DNA of 62,999 nucleotides, filler included, from Octopus bimaculoides (Eukaryota): NCBI RefSeq assembly GCF_001194135.2. It is 6 parts of 5 records of this genome, joined end to end, with 100 filler letters (N's around TTAATTAATTAA, not from the genome) between each part and the next. Parts side by side here need not be neighbours in the genome. Positions count along the whole stretch, not along the records: positions 24,870 to 54,675 come from NC_068983.1; 5 more parts are not named here. One strand, 5' to 3'. Shown piece by piece: positions 36,748 to 49,359 of this stretch (position 1 is its first letter; each line of letters starts with the position of its first letter). The notes under the pieces were generated by a model. It saw only the letters and a program-made list of their open reading frames with translations, ran no database searches and was not told where the DNA came from. The position numbers and the translations under genes were made by a program.

Positions 36748-36942
36748 TATGGGAGAATATACAAAAAATAACAACAGACGAGGACAGGTGGTGTAAATAA
36801 CAAAAGTATATATTAGTATGACGCTCGGGAATACGGAAAGTCTTTGACGTTTCGAGCTACGCTCTTCAACAGAAAGAATACGGAGACAAGGAGAAAAACA
36901 CGGAGAAAAAAAATTGAATAGTGTTCAGTCAACGGTCAATCA
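36748..36942 (-). mobile_element. (TA)n-embedded mini-element carrying a hammerhead motif
   Basis: Bounded by TA tracts; contains the motif at 36841-36877. Confidence 0.6.
36841..36877 (-). ncRNA. Minimal type-I hammerhead ribozyme motif (atypical core CUGUUGA)
   Basis: TCTTT-CTGTTGA-A-GAGC-GTA-GCTC-GAAAC-GTC-AAAGA: perfect 5-bp stem I, 4-bp stem II, ACGU palindromic stem III, GUC site. Confidence 0.65.
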
Positions 36943-37471
36943 TATACATATATATATATATATATCATGAGGTATGAGAGGTAAAAATATTATTTCCCTG
37001 CTCGATTACGGCGTTTCTCTGATAGCCACACGATTTAAGGAATCCATACGTTACACAACAAACATGTATACGCATACTTACATATATATATATTCTTATA
37101 CACAGACACACAGACAGACACACACATATACACATACACACATAGACTAACACATAAAATCCAATGACTGAAATGAAGAAAGGAATAAAAAAAATGTGTG
37201 CCTGTTTATATACATACACACACACACACACATATATATATGTAATGTATGTATGTGTGTATGTGTGTGTATGTATGTGTGTGTATGTATGTGTTTGTAT
37301 GCATGGATGTATGTGCGTGTGTGTATATATGTATGCATGTGTGTATGTATGTGTGTGTATGTATGTGTGTATATATGTATATATGTATGTATATGTATAC
37401 TTGAGGGGTAGTCCGTGCGTATATGTCAGTATATACATATACACACACAAACATGTATATATCTCTGTATA

Positions 37472-37510
<39 letters not shown>

Positions 37511-38335
37511 NNNNNNNNNNNNNNNNNNNNNNNNNNNNNNNNNNNNNNNNNNNNNNNNNNNNNNNNNNNNNNNNNNNNNNNNNNNNNNNNNNNNNNNNNN
37601 NNNNNNNNNNNNNNNNNNNNNNNNNNNNNNNNNNNNNNNNNNNNNNNNNNNNNNNNNNNNNNNNNNNNNNNNNNNNNNNNNNNNNNNNNNNNNNNNNNNN
37701 NNNNNNNNNNNNNNNNNNNNNNNNNNNNNNNNNNNNNNNNNNNNNNNNNNNNNNNNNNNNNNNNNNNNNNNNNNNNNNNNNNNNNNNNNNNNNNNNNNNN
37801 NNNNNNNNNNNNNNNNNNNNNNNNNNNNNNNNNNNNNNNNNNNNNNNNNNNNNNNNNNNNNNNNNNNNNNNNNNNNNNNNNNNNNNNNNNNNNNNNNNNN
37901 NNNNNNNNNNNNNNNNNNNNNNNNNNNNNNNNNNNNNNNNNNNNNNNNNNNNNNNNNNNNNNNNNNNNNNNNNNNNNNNNNNNNNNNNNNNNNNNNNNNN
38001 NNNNNNNNNNNNNNNNNNNNNNNNNNNNNNNNNNNNNNNNNNNNNNNNNNNNNNNNNNNNNNNNNNNNNNNNNNNNNNNNNNNNNNNNNNNNNNNNNNNN
38101 NNNNNNNNNNNNNNNNNNNNNNNNNNNNNNNNNNNNNNNNNNNNNNNNNNNNNNNNNNNNNNNNNNNNNNNNNNNNNNNNNNNNNNNNNNNNNNNNNNNN
38201 NNNNNNNNNCATAGAGGTTGAGTTTGTGCTAAATAACGGAATTTAAAATTATTTTAAAACTTTACTTTATATATCTCAGATTTAAAACTACCGAATTCGG
38301 GACAGGAAAACTCAAACTTTCATACAATCACATCA

Positions 38336-38415
<80 letters not shown>

Positions 38416-38438
38416 CTATCTATCTGTCTGTTTGTCTG

Positions 38439-38504
<66 letters not shown>

Positions 38505-38977
38505 AAGTTGCTTGATTTCTCCTTCTGAAATCCGTAACTTATCCAGGTTGTTACTTGGGCGTTTACTCACAAAACCAACTAAACCAATTATTGTTGGTTT
38601 AAATGTGCATTTATTATCTGGGTATAGAGACCAGAGCTTTCGAAGCAGTTGCATGTATGTATGCGTGCATGTATATATATATATATATATATATGTATAC
38701 ACACACGCGCGCGCGCGCACGCACACATATATGGATTGTTGGCGATGTTTTCCTCCTTCTTCCTTTTCTTTTGGACTTTCCTATGTCTCCTGATTCCGAA
38801 GAAGAGGTATGTTCAAAACCTAAAACAACCACTCTCGCATTCTCTGAGCGTCTTATTAACACTTTGCATGTGCCTTATCCTTGCGCTGATTGTTTTTTTC
38901 TTGTCTTCTTTCTGGGTTTTTTAAAACAACTACACACACACTCACACACACATATATATACATATATACATACATAG

Positions 38978-39012
<35 letters not shown>

Positions 39013-40012
39013 NNNNNNNNNNNNNNNNNNNNNNNNNNNNNNNNNNNNNNNNNNNNNNNNNNNNNNNNNNNNNNNNNNNNNNNNNNNNNNNNNNNNNNNN
39101 NNNNNNNNNNNNNNNNNNNNNNNNNNNNNNNNNNNNNNNNNNNNNNNNNNNNNNNNNNNNNNNNNNNNNNNNNNNNNNNNNNNNNNNNNNNNNNNNNNNN
39201 NNNNNNNNNNNNNNNNNNNNNNNNNNNNNNNNNNNNNNNNNNNNNNNNNNNNNNNNNNNNNNNNNNNNNNNNNNNNNNNNNNNNNNNNNNNNNNNNNNNN
39301 NNNNNNNNNNNNNNNNNNNNNNNNNNNNNNNNNNNNNNNNNNNNNNNNNNNNNNNNNNNNNNNNNNNNNNNNNNNNNNNNNNNNNNNNNNNNNNNNNNNN
39401 NNNNNNNNNNNNNNNNNNNNNNNNNNNNNNNNNNNNNNNNNNNNNNNNNNNNNNNNNNNNNNNNNNNNNNNNNNNNNNNNNNNNNNNNNNNNNNNNNNNN
39501 NNNNNNNNNNNNNNNNNNNNNNNNNNNNNNNNNNNNNNNNNNNNNNNNNNNNNNNNNNNNNNNNNNNNNNNNNNNNNNNNNNNNNNNNNNNNNNNNNNNN
39601 NNNNNNNNNNNNNNNNNNNNNNNNNNNNNNNNNNNNNNNNNNNNNNNNNNNNNNNNNNNNNNNNNNNNNNNNNNNNNNNNNNNNNNNNNNNNNNNNNNNN
39701 NNNNNNNNNNNNNNNNNNNNNNNNNNNNNNNNNNNNNNNNNNNNNNNNNNNNNNNNNNNNNNNNNNNNNNNNNNNNNNNNNNNNNNNNNNNNNNNNNNNN
39801 NNNNNNNNNNNNNNNNNNNNNNNNNNNNNNNNNNNNNNNNNNNNNNNNNNNNNNNNNNNNNNNNNNNNNNNNNNNNNNNNNNNNNNNNNNNNNNNNNNNN
39901 NNNNNNNNNNNNNNNNNNNNNNNNNNNNNNNNNNNNNNNNNNNNNNNNNNNNNNNNNNNNNNNNNNNNNNNNNNNGAAAATTACACTTGCCTTGTATTAT
40001 GTGCGTGTGTGG

Positions 40013-40047
<35 letters not shown>

Positions 40048-40134
40048 ATACATACATACATATATACGTAAATATATATGCACACACACACTTATATATT
40101 CATTAAAAATAGAGATGTTGGATCGTAACAAGAA

Positions 40135-40445
40135 ACATTGCACTTAGAAAGTTGCCCACCGTGGCATAAGTCCGGTCAAGGCTGTTTATGGAAGATTACC
40201 AGTCGCCCACATACGCCAGCCTCTCTTCTCCAAGCCATCAATGTTATCCAAGGGAAAAGGGAAAAGGGGCCGATACAGCTTGGCGCCAGTGATGCTGCAA
40301 CTCATTTCTACAGGTGTGTGGACTGGAGGAAAGTAAAATAAAGTGTCTTGCTCAAGAACACAACACACAGCCCGGTCTGGGAATCGAACTCACTACCTCA
40401 CGTTTGTGAGCTCAACGCTCTAACCACTGAGCCACGCGCCTTCAC
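40135..40445 (-). mobile_element. SINE family D, near full length
   Basis: gtgaaggcgcgtggctcagtggttagagcg...gagttcgattcccagaccggg...gttcttgagcaagacactt (A box, B box, CORE-like). Confidence 0.9.
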
Positions 40446-41193
40446 ATCTATGCATATACATATATACACGTGTATATATGTATATACATACACACATATT
40501 TATACTATATACATCTTTCTTTCTTCTCCTAACTTGTGTTTCTTTCTTTCTCTCCGTTGTAGCTGTAACAAGGAAGACGTGTTCTTGTCTGTCTCCTGTC
40601 CAAGCTTAATTTACGCGTTCAACACCACAACCTCGTCTAGGATTAGCAGCCCTTCTTATTTGTGTCACCTATTTTGACCCTCCGCAAAATCCCAAATTTT
40701 ATTTAATTTGCTTTGCNNNNNNNNNNTATATATGTATGCATATCTATCTATATATACATATACATGCATATACATATACGTTACATACATGTGTGTGTAT
40801 GTGTGTGTGTGTGTACATATTCATACATAATATATATACATACACACATACTCACACACATATCGGAACGAAATGAATAATGGATTATTAAAAATCTATA
40901 AGGGATTGTCGGATTATTGAACGTTATATCTGAATGGCAGTCATGTCAGTGAATATTTGTGAAACTATTTTGTCGTCGTTAATATCATCTTTTAATGAAC
41001 CCATCAGAAGTAAGCTACTTAACGCCAGGCATAGAAGGTCGGTGGCTGTAGCAGCGAGAGGTCACGCTGATTACTGCAGAATTAGGAGCTTTTATCATAT
41101 TAAGGCGGCCATAGCACAACGTGTATTGTGATCAAAACACAAAAGAAACGCGGTAAAGGCTGATATGTTAGATAGATAGATAGATAGATAGAC

Positions 41194-41256
<63 letters not shown>

Positions 41257-41257
41257 C

Positions 41258-41306
<49 letters not shown>

Positions 41307-41605
41307 TGTGTGTGTGTGTGTGTGTGTAGATAGATNNNNNNNNNNNNNNNNNNNNNNNNNNNNNNNNNNNNNNNNNNNNNNNNNNNNNNNNNNNNNNNNN
41401 NNNNNNNNNNNNNNNNNNNNNNNNNNNNNNNNNNNNNNNNNNNNNNNNNNNNNNNNNNNNNNNNNNNNNNNNNNNNNNNNNNNNNNNNNNNNNNNNNNNN
41501 NNNNNNNNNNNNNNNNNNNNNNNNNNNNNNNNNNNNNNNNNNNNNNNNNNNNNNNNNNNNNNNNNNNNNNNNNNNNNNNNNNNNNNNNNNNNNNNNNNNN
41601 NNNNN

Positions 41606-41673
<68 letters not shown>

Positions 41674-42449
41674 TGAGGAATGAATTGGACTGAAATCATT
41701 TGGCCTCCACCCTCTTCATTCCTCTACCCCCCACCCTCACAATATACAGAGTAATTCAAAAGTCCTTTTAGCATTTTAACTCTGTTTATCATTTAAGTTG
41801 CCGGAGGCGCACCTGAATCACACTCTATTATCCAACTGCCAGGGATATTGGGGCAGTCACTCACTCGAACCGCAAGAAATAGCAACCAAATCACACAGTA
41901 TATGATCTTAAACAAGGAAGTGATCTTTAGATAATGTTGTCCAAGATAACCTTGGTCACAGCTGGAACGTATTTGATATGAGATGACTTGATCAAACAAC
42001 AAACTAAAAAGAAAAAAAGGTTTTCTTTGTTTGTTGAGTCTCTACTCAAATATCTCTTGAGTGAGTGAAGACACTCACCTGAAATTTACTAGGTGAGTGA
42101 GTGACACCACACAGATGTCTCTACTGCTACTGGTTGAGTAAGCGTCTCCATTCAGATATAGTAGACAATTACTGAAGGTTATCAAAAAGTTTTTGTACCA
42201 TAAATAAAATAAATCCCAACCCCCTCCACAAATTGTCAAAATTCTGTCATAAAATTTGATTTATTATCAAAATGTTTTGATTTTAACTTTGTAAACTCTA
42301 AAAATATGATTGACCAGCTAAGAGTTAGTTATCTATATTATAGCAACGCAATCTGCTTAATTCATTTGGAGTATGTAACTTCTTGCTCAATTAGAATAAT
42401 TATTAAAAACTATACACTATATAGAAACCTTTTATAAATTCCAATTTCA

Positions 42450-42528
<79 letters not shown>

Positions 42529-42959
42529 ATAACATCTCAAACAAACAAAAAAACGCGGCCTCTCTTACGGACTAAGTCAATAGTCATTGAAAAGGTTGTA
42601 AGAAGCAGCGAAAGAGCTTCAGCAAACAAAAACAAAACAATCGGATATTTACTAAATGACTGGAATTGAACCAGTGTGTGTGTGTGTGTGTTAATTACAT
42701 TGGCATAATGACCCACCCTGGACAACAAAAATTGTTTCAACACACGGATTCACATAAAGAATCTAGCAAACCAGAAATAAAAACGAATTAGACATTTAAA
42801 TGAACCATTTAAGTTTGCTGGTATCCTGTGTGACACCTCACTCCATGTAAATTCATTTTGTCAACTCACTGATGCTTGTTTTCTGGGGGTTAAGGATTTC
42901 TAAACCGTTACGCTCCGTCAATATTCTGGGCACAAAGAATATTTTGAAATAACGTCTGC

Positions 42960-43060
42960 GGCGAAGGTCACGTGGCCGTTTGAATTGAACAGCCACGGAT
43001 TTTGAACTCCTACCAGCTGACGCTTCACAAATATGGCGGCGATCACATGATTGAAATAGC
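42960..43060. promoter_or_regulatory. CpG-rich promoter-like patch (E-boxes and YY1-type motif)
   Basis: GTCACGTG at 42967-42974, CAGCTG, AATATGGCGGC at 43030-43040 within non-repeat sequence; motif-only evidence. Confidence 0.35.
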
Positions 43061-43995
43061 AACGCTTCTGGACCACCACCACCACCACCACCACCGTCAT
43101 CATCAGCATCATCATCCTCTCTTTACCGTCCGTCCTCCTTATTCTTATCACCGCAATCGCAATATTTCCTTCTTCCTCTCCTTAATGGTTATCACATCCA
43201 ACCGNNNNNNNNNNNNNNNNNNNNNNNNNNNNNNNNNNNNNNNNNNNNNNNNNNNNNNNNNNNNNNNNNNNNNNNNNNNNNNNNNNNNNNNNNNNNNNNN
43301 NNNNNNNNNNNNNNNNNNNNNNNNNNNNNNNNNNNNNNNNNNNNNNNNNNNNNNNNNNNNNNNNNNNNNNNNNNNNNNNNNNNNNNNNNNNNNNNNNNNN
43401 NNNNNNNNNNNNNNNNNNNNNNNNNNNNNNNNNNNNNNNNNNNNNNNNNNNNNNNNNNNNNNNNNNNNNNNNNNNNNNNNNNNNNNNNNNNNNNNNNNNN
43501 NNNNNNNNNNNNNNNNNNNNNNNNNNNNNNNNNNNNNNNNNNNNNNNNNNNNNNNNNNNNNNNNNNNNNNNNNNNNNNNNNNNNNNNNNNNNNNNNNNNN
43601 NNNNNNNNNNNNNNNNNNNNNNNNNNNNNNNNNNNNNNNNNNNNNNNNNNNNNNNNNNNNNNNNNNNNNNNNNNNNNNNNNNNNNNNNNNNNNNNNNNNN
43701 NNNNNNNNNNNNNNNNNNNNNNNNNNNNNNNNNNNNNNNNNNNNNNNNNNNNNNNNNNNNNNNNNNNNNNNNNNNNNNNNNNNNNNNNNNNNNNNNNNNN
43801 NNNNNNNNNNNNNNNNNNNNNNNNNNNNNNNNNNNNNNNNNNNNNNNNNNNNNNNNNNNNNNNNNNNNNNNNNNNNNNNNNNNNNNNNNNNNNNNNNNNN
43901 NNNACAGTAAGTAGGGCACTTGACATTCCATGTTGTTAGAGAGTCTGGGTTGGTTGGTGAGAGGAATTGAGAAGGACGAAGAGCAGCTTTGAAGA

Positions 43996-44031
<36 letters not shown>

Positions 44032-44693
44032 AAAGAGAGAGAGAGAGAGAGCGAGAGCGGGGGGGGGGTATCATTAGATATTGATGTCTGGAGAGAAGTC
44101 AATGGGAGAACTTCAACTGGGGTCGATCAGATTGCTGAAAATAGCAGTTAGATTACTGGTTCTCAACCGGTGTCAATATGGCCTTTGATGGTCTATATAA
44201 GATTTTGCTGCGCATTTTGCCAACGGATTTTCCCTTCGTACACCATTGGAAAAGATGTACGATGGGATAAGCCTGTAGTAGATTTATCTAAGACGCAACG
44301 GATCGTATGACTCACCATAACTAAAGATGGAAAACCATTACAATAAATATGGTAACAATAATAAAAACAAACTGTCATCTGTAGGGCTTCCATCTACAAA
44401 ACCACGGACACTGTCGTGCGAGCAATAGGGCCAGTAATAGATGCAGCAGAAGCGATGGGGTCATCTACAAAAATAGTTTCCCTGTCACCAATTGGCTGTA
44501 GCAAAATCCTTCTCTGCATGGAGCTCCTTAGGAAAAACCTGAAAATAACCTGTTCCCAACGTCATGTGAGAAACCCTCGCTCATTTCCCTATATATCTTT
44601 CTTGGTAACCTTACCAATTTCAGATTCTCCGGGACTTTAGCTGTACTTTAATTGAAAGCACACTTCTGTCTTTGTCATGTCTTTGTGTTATGT

Positions 44694-44883
44694 CTTTTTT
44701 TATTGCCCACAAGGGGCTAAACATAGAGGAGACAAACAAGGACAGACAAAGGGTACTTTATTTATCGACCCTGTAAAAATGAAAGTCGACCTCGGCGGAA
44801 TTTGGACTCAGAAGGTAACGGCAGACGAAATACCGCTAAGCATTTCGCCCGGCGTGCTAACGTTTCTGCCAGCTCGCCACCTT
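44694..44883 (-). mobile_element. SINE family A with internal deletion and 17-bp TSD
   Basis: TSD atgtctttgtgttatgt at 44677-44693 and 44884-44900. Confidence 0.93.
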
Positions 44884-44982
44884 ATGTCTTTGTGTTATGT
44901 TAGAGAACGGTTCTTTGTTTTTCTTCTTACAAACACAAAGAAGGATGTTTAGCGCAATGTGTTGTTATTGTTGCCGATGGAG

Positions 44983-45461
44983 AGGCGCAATGGCCCAGTG
45001 GTTAGGGCAGCGGACTCGCGGTCATAGGATCGCGGTTTCGATTCCCAGACTGGGTGTTGNNNNNNNNNNNNNNNNNNNNNNNNNNNNNNNNNNNNNNNNN
45101 NNNNNNNNNNNNNNNNNNNNNNNNNNNNNNNNNNNNNNNNNNNNNNNNNNNNNNNNNNNAGTGTTTATTGAGCAAAGACACCTAAAGCTCCACGCGGCTC
45201 CAGCAGGGGATGGTGGCGAACCCTGCTGTACTCTTTCACCACAACTTTCTCTCACTCTTTCTTCCTGTTTCTGTTGTATCTGTATTGCAAAGGGCCAGCC
45301 TTGTCACACTCTGTGTCACGCTGAATATCTCCGAGAACTACGTTAAGGGTACACGTGTCTGTGGAGTACTCAGCCACTTGCACGTTAATTTCACGAGCAG
45401 GCTGTTCCGTTGATCGGATCAATTGGAACCCTCGACGTCGTAAGTGACGGAGTGCCAACAA
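44983..45461 (+). mobile_element. SINE family B, full length (100-N gap inside), 13-bp TSD
   Basis: TSD gttgccgatggag at 44970-44982 and 45462-45474. Confidence 0.95.
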
Positions 45462-45915
45462 GTTGCCGATGGAGTTGTGTATTCAGTTGGAGTTGATATC
45501 GATTTGGTTGTTGTTGGATTTGTGTGTTCGTCCGCTGGTTTTACTTTGGTGTGTTTGTTGTCGTTTCGTTTCTGTATTTTTGTTTCGTTGCTGTTAGTGA
45601 ACGAAGTAATCGTGATGGTGTTCTAAGTGTTGTAGAGTTACCATTGCCAGAGTTCGATGTGGAGTTCTATTTAGTTTCTTTTTTTGGATTTTTCTCGGTT
45701 TTATTTTTGATTTTGATTTTTCTTGCCCATTTCTTCTCATCACCTGAAACATGATTGGACGACTCTGACTCGGACGGGTGCAGGAGTCTGTCTTCTTTTG
45801 CATGTATGTCCGCATTTGTGCATGCTGGAGTGGGAGGAACAAGGGTGAAGGAAGAGAAGGTGTATGTTTGAAATATTCTGTAGTAACTAGTAACTGTCCG
45901 AGAATCTTTCAGAAT

Positions 45916-45954
<39 letters not shown>

Positions 45955-45964
45955 AATAATAATA

Positions 45965-46207
45965 ATTTCTGTTATAGGCACAAGGCCTGAGTTTTGAGGG
46001 GAGAGATACGCATTTCATTGACCCCGAGAGGATGAAAGGCAATGTCGACCTCGGAGGAATTTGAACTCAGAACGTAAAACCGGGAGAAATACGGCTAAGA
46101 ATTTTGTCAATGGCAGCGATTGTGCCGGCGATTGTCCGGCTTCAAATTCTTAGCCCAAGTCCAGCAATTTGGAAGTGAGGTGAAGTCGATTACACTGACC
46201 CCCGAGC
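45965..46207 (-). mobile_element. Family A SINE fragments
   Basis: gaccccgagaggatgaaaggcaatgtcgacctcggaggaatttgaactcagaacg; a second 3' fragment lies at 46145-46207. Confidence 0.82.
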
Positions 46208-46249
46208 TTAACAAAAGAGAATGGAAAAGTGAGATAGACTAGGTTGAAG

Positions 46250-46760
46250 AGGCAAAGAAGAAGAGAGAGAGGGGGAGAGAGGGGGGTAGAGAGGAGATAA
46301 AGAGAAAAAAGAGAGGGAGAGAGGGTGGATAGAGAAAAGAGAGAGAGGACTGGGGGGAAGAGAGAAAGAGTAGAGGGGAGAGAGAAAGAGTAGAGGGGAA
46401 AGAGAAAGAGTAGAGGGAAGAGAGAAAAAGTAGAGGGGAGAGAGAAAGGGGAGAGAAAGGGAAAGGGAGGTGACAGAGAAAAGAGAGAGGGAACAGGGAG
46501 GGGAGAGAGAAGGAGAGGGAGGTGAGAGAGAGGGGTGAGAGAGTGAGGTGAGAGAGAGAGGGGAGAGAGAAAAGAAAGGGAGAGAGAGGGAGAGATAGGG
46601 AGAGAGAGGAGAGAGAAAGAGAGAGAGGGTAGAAAAGAGAGAAAGAGAGAAAAGACTGGGAGAGAGGGTGGAGAAAGAAAAGAGAGAGGGAACAAGGAGG
46701 GAAGAGAGAAAGGGTAAAAGGGATTGAGAGAGGGGAGAGAAAGAGGGAGTTAATGTCGGG
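46250..46760. repeat. GA-rich polypurine low-complexity tract
   Basis: About 500 bp almost devoid of pyrimidines on the + strand. Confidence 0.95.
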
Positions 46761-47550
46761 TAGGGGTGTGGAGGGCGGAGAAGGGTAAAAAAGGAAACAA
46801 TAGTTGAATGGAAATTTGGCAAAGATTGGTTGTTGTCAGAACAACAATGAATATTAATTTTATTGCCCTCTCTCAGCGACACCTAGCGTTGACCCCGTCG
46901 CCACGTTATCCTTGTATCTTAAAGCCTGCAGGACCTTAATTATATGACACACTTCAGCCTCATTAATTTGTTTTAAAAAGGGGCTGGAGTTCAGTTGGTG
47001 TAACCTTATGATGATGATGATGACGATGATGATGATGATGTCAGTAATAGTAAAATTTTTGTCCCAATCTAATTTCCTATTAATCGTTTCTTCCTTTTTG
47101 TCTGTCTCCACCTCTTTCCCCCTCCTTCCCTTCCTTCCCTCCTTTCTTCCTTTCTTCCTTCCTTCCTTCCTTCCTTCCTTCCTTCTTCCTTCCTTCCNNN
47201 NNNNNNNNNNNNNNNNNNNNNNNNNNNNNNNNNNNNNNNNNNNNNNNNNNNNNNNNNNNNNNNNNNNNNNNNNNNNNNNNNNNNNNNNNNNNNNNNNNNN
47301 NNNNNNNNNNNNNNNNNNNNNNNNNNNNNNNNNNNNNNNNNNNNNNNNNNNNNNNNNNNNNNNNNNNNNNNNNNNNNNNNNNNNNNNNNNNNNNNNNNNN
47401 NNNNNNNNNNNNNNNNNNNNNNNNNNNNNNNNNNNNNNNNNNNNNNNNNNNNNNNNNNNNNNNNNNNNNNNNNCCTATCTACCTACCTGTCCTCTTATCT
47501 ATCTATCTATCTATCTACCTACCTGTCCTCTTATCTATCTATCTATCTAC

Positions 47551-47598
<48 letters not shown>

Positions 47599-47915
47599 TT
47601 GTCCGTCTACCCCCAGCCTTGATTGCCTGGGTATCAACTTAAACAGGATCCCTAAAGGTCCTTGATCAACCATGCTGCTAGTATACTCCCACCCTTAACT
47701 GCACCTGTAAACTTATTTACCTCTAGTTTTTCCCTTCGTGTTTAACTCCCTCTGACCCCTTCGCATATATCATGATTCTGTAATTAAGAACCTGAAGATT
47801 ATAAATTACTCCGAGTACAACAACATCTGTAAGTTATTATACTCACTTCAACAACACCGTTAATGCCTTACATAAATTCTTAAATTTTGGCGGTAACGTC
47901 GAATTAAATATATAC

Positions 47916-47957
<42 letters not shown>

Positions 47958-48349
47958 ATCTATGAAAATATATACAAGGGAGGCCACTAGGTGGACTGCT
48001 AATGTGCTAGAAGAAGATCACATGTCATATGTCTACTAAGACCTAATAATTCTCAAAATGGAATTTAGCGAAGCAACAAAAACGTAAAACGGGCAAGACC
48101 AGTGAAAATTACATAAAAAAATACAATTATCTGTAAACATGTTTCGAAATCAATATATTCTTACTGAAAGTATATGTTTCTCATCAGTACAGACCGTTGG
48201 GTAAATACAATTTTACAGGATCGCACACTAGTTGTACGCCACAAGAGTAGAGCACGTGTGTACGGTTCTGTCAAATTATATCTATGGTAAGATTCAAAAC
48301 CGTCTACAGTTGAACTGTTTCACAGAATCATTAGAGCCCTGGAAAAGTG

Positions 48350-48515
48350 GGACACAGTATTTCTTCTGGTTCTGAGCTCGAATCCTGCCGAGATCAGTTT
48401 TGTCTTTCATCTTTTTAGAGTCTATAAAATAAATAGTATTCAAGAATTTAGGTTTATCATATCAACTAACCCTTCCTCTAAAAACTGCTGGCCTTGTGAC
48501 AATATTTGAAACCAC
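48350..48515 (+). mobile_element. Degenerate family A SINE
   Basis: ggttctgagctcgaatcctgccgagatc...tttcatctttt...ctggccttgtg. Confidence 0.7.
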
Positions 48516-48964
48516 TGCTTCCTGTATTTTCACGGCTGTTCTCGACCTGTCACGCCGCTCAGCCTCTCACGCCAACAGGTGCGACAGCCCATCCAGGTAG
48601 TCCTTGAGGTCGAGTGAAATGCTGTTGAAAAGCATTGGTTCGAGTAATGTGGATGAATAAACATTACATTTCACAGAATAATTTTGGTAAAGTGTTAAAA
48701 GCAGAAAGTTTTTTAAAAATTTAATGCTTAACATTTCATTTAGGAAAAAAAAAAGTTAATTTGTACGCGATACAAGTAGACTTTAACAAGTTCAGAGGCC
48801 TTCAGTGTTGTAGAATCTAGTAGGAGCACAAAGACATGAATATACAAATTTCTTTCACATAAGCAGAGACAAACTGACAGTGAAGCCATACGCAGACAGA
48901 CACAAATTCACAGCGAAGCGAAAATCATCGACTCACCAACAAAAAGACAACTACACGTCGGAAT

Positions 48965-49068
48965 TTCAGCAAGTCGATCTCAGAGGAATTTGAATTCAGA
49001 ACGTAAAGACGGACGAAATGCCGCTAAGCATTTTTTCCAGCATGCCAATGATTATGCCAGCTCACTGC
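48965..49068 (-). mobile_element. Family A SINE, 5' half
   Basis: gaatttgaattcagaacgtaaagacggacgaaatgccgctaagcatt...gccagctcactgcc. Confidence 0.85.
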
Positions 49069-49069
49069 C

Positions 49070-49113
<44 letters not shown>

Positions 49114-49261
49114 TATAATAATAGTCNNNNNNNNNNNNNNNNNNNNNNNNNNNNNNNNNNNNNNNNNNNNNNNNNNNNNNNNNNNNNNNNNNNNNNNNNN
49201 NNNNNNNNNNNNNNNNNNNNNNNNNNNNNNNNNNNNNNNNNNNNNNNNNNNNNNNNNNNNN

Positions 49262-49359
<98 letters not shown>

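Noticed and set aside
38740-38830. Exon candidates [24 protein letters not shown] (-) and MSPDSEEE|GTATGT (+)
   Set aside because: Mutually overlapping, low-complexity purine/pyrimidine-skewed DNA; the minus candidate has no donor.
46150-46882. 181-224 aa Leu/Ser/Pro/Phe-rich ORFs as membrane proteins
   Set aside because: They are the antisense translation of a GA-rich simple repeat.
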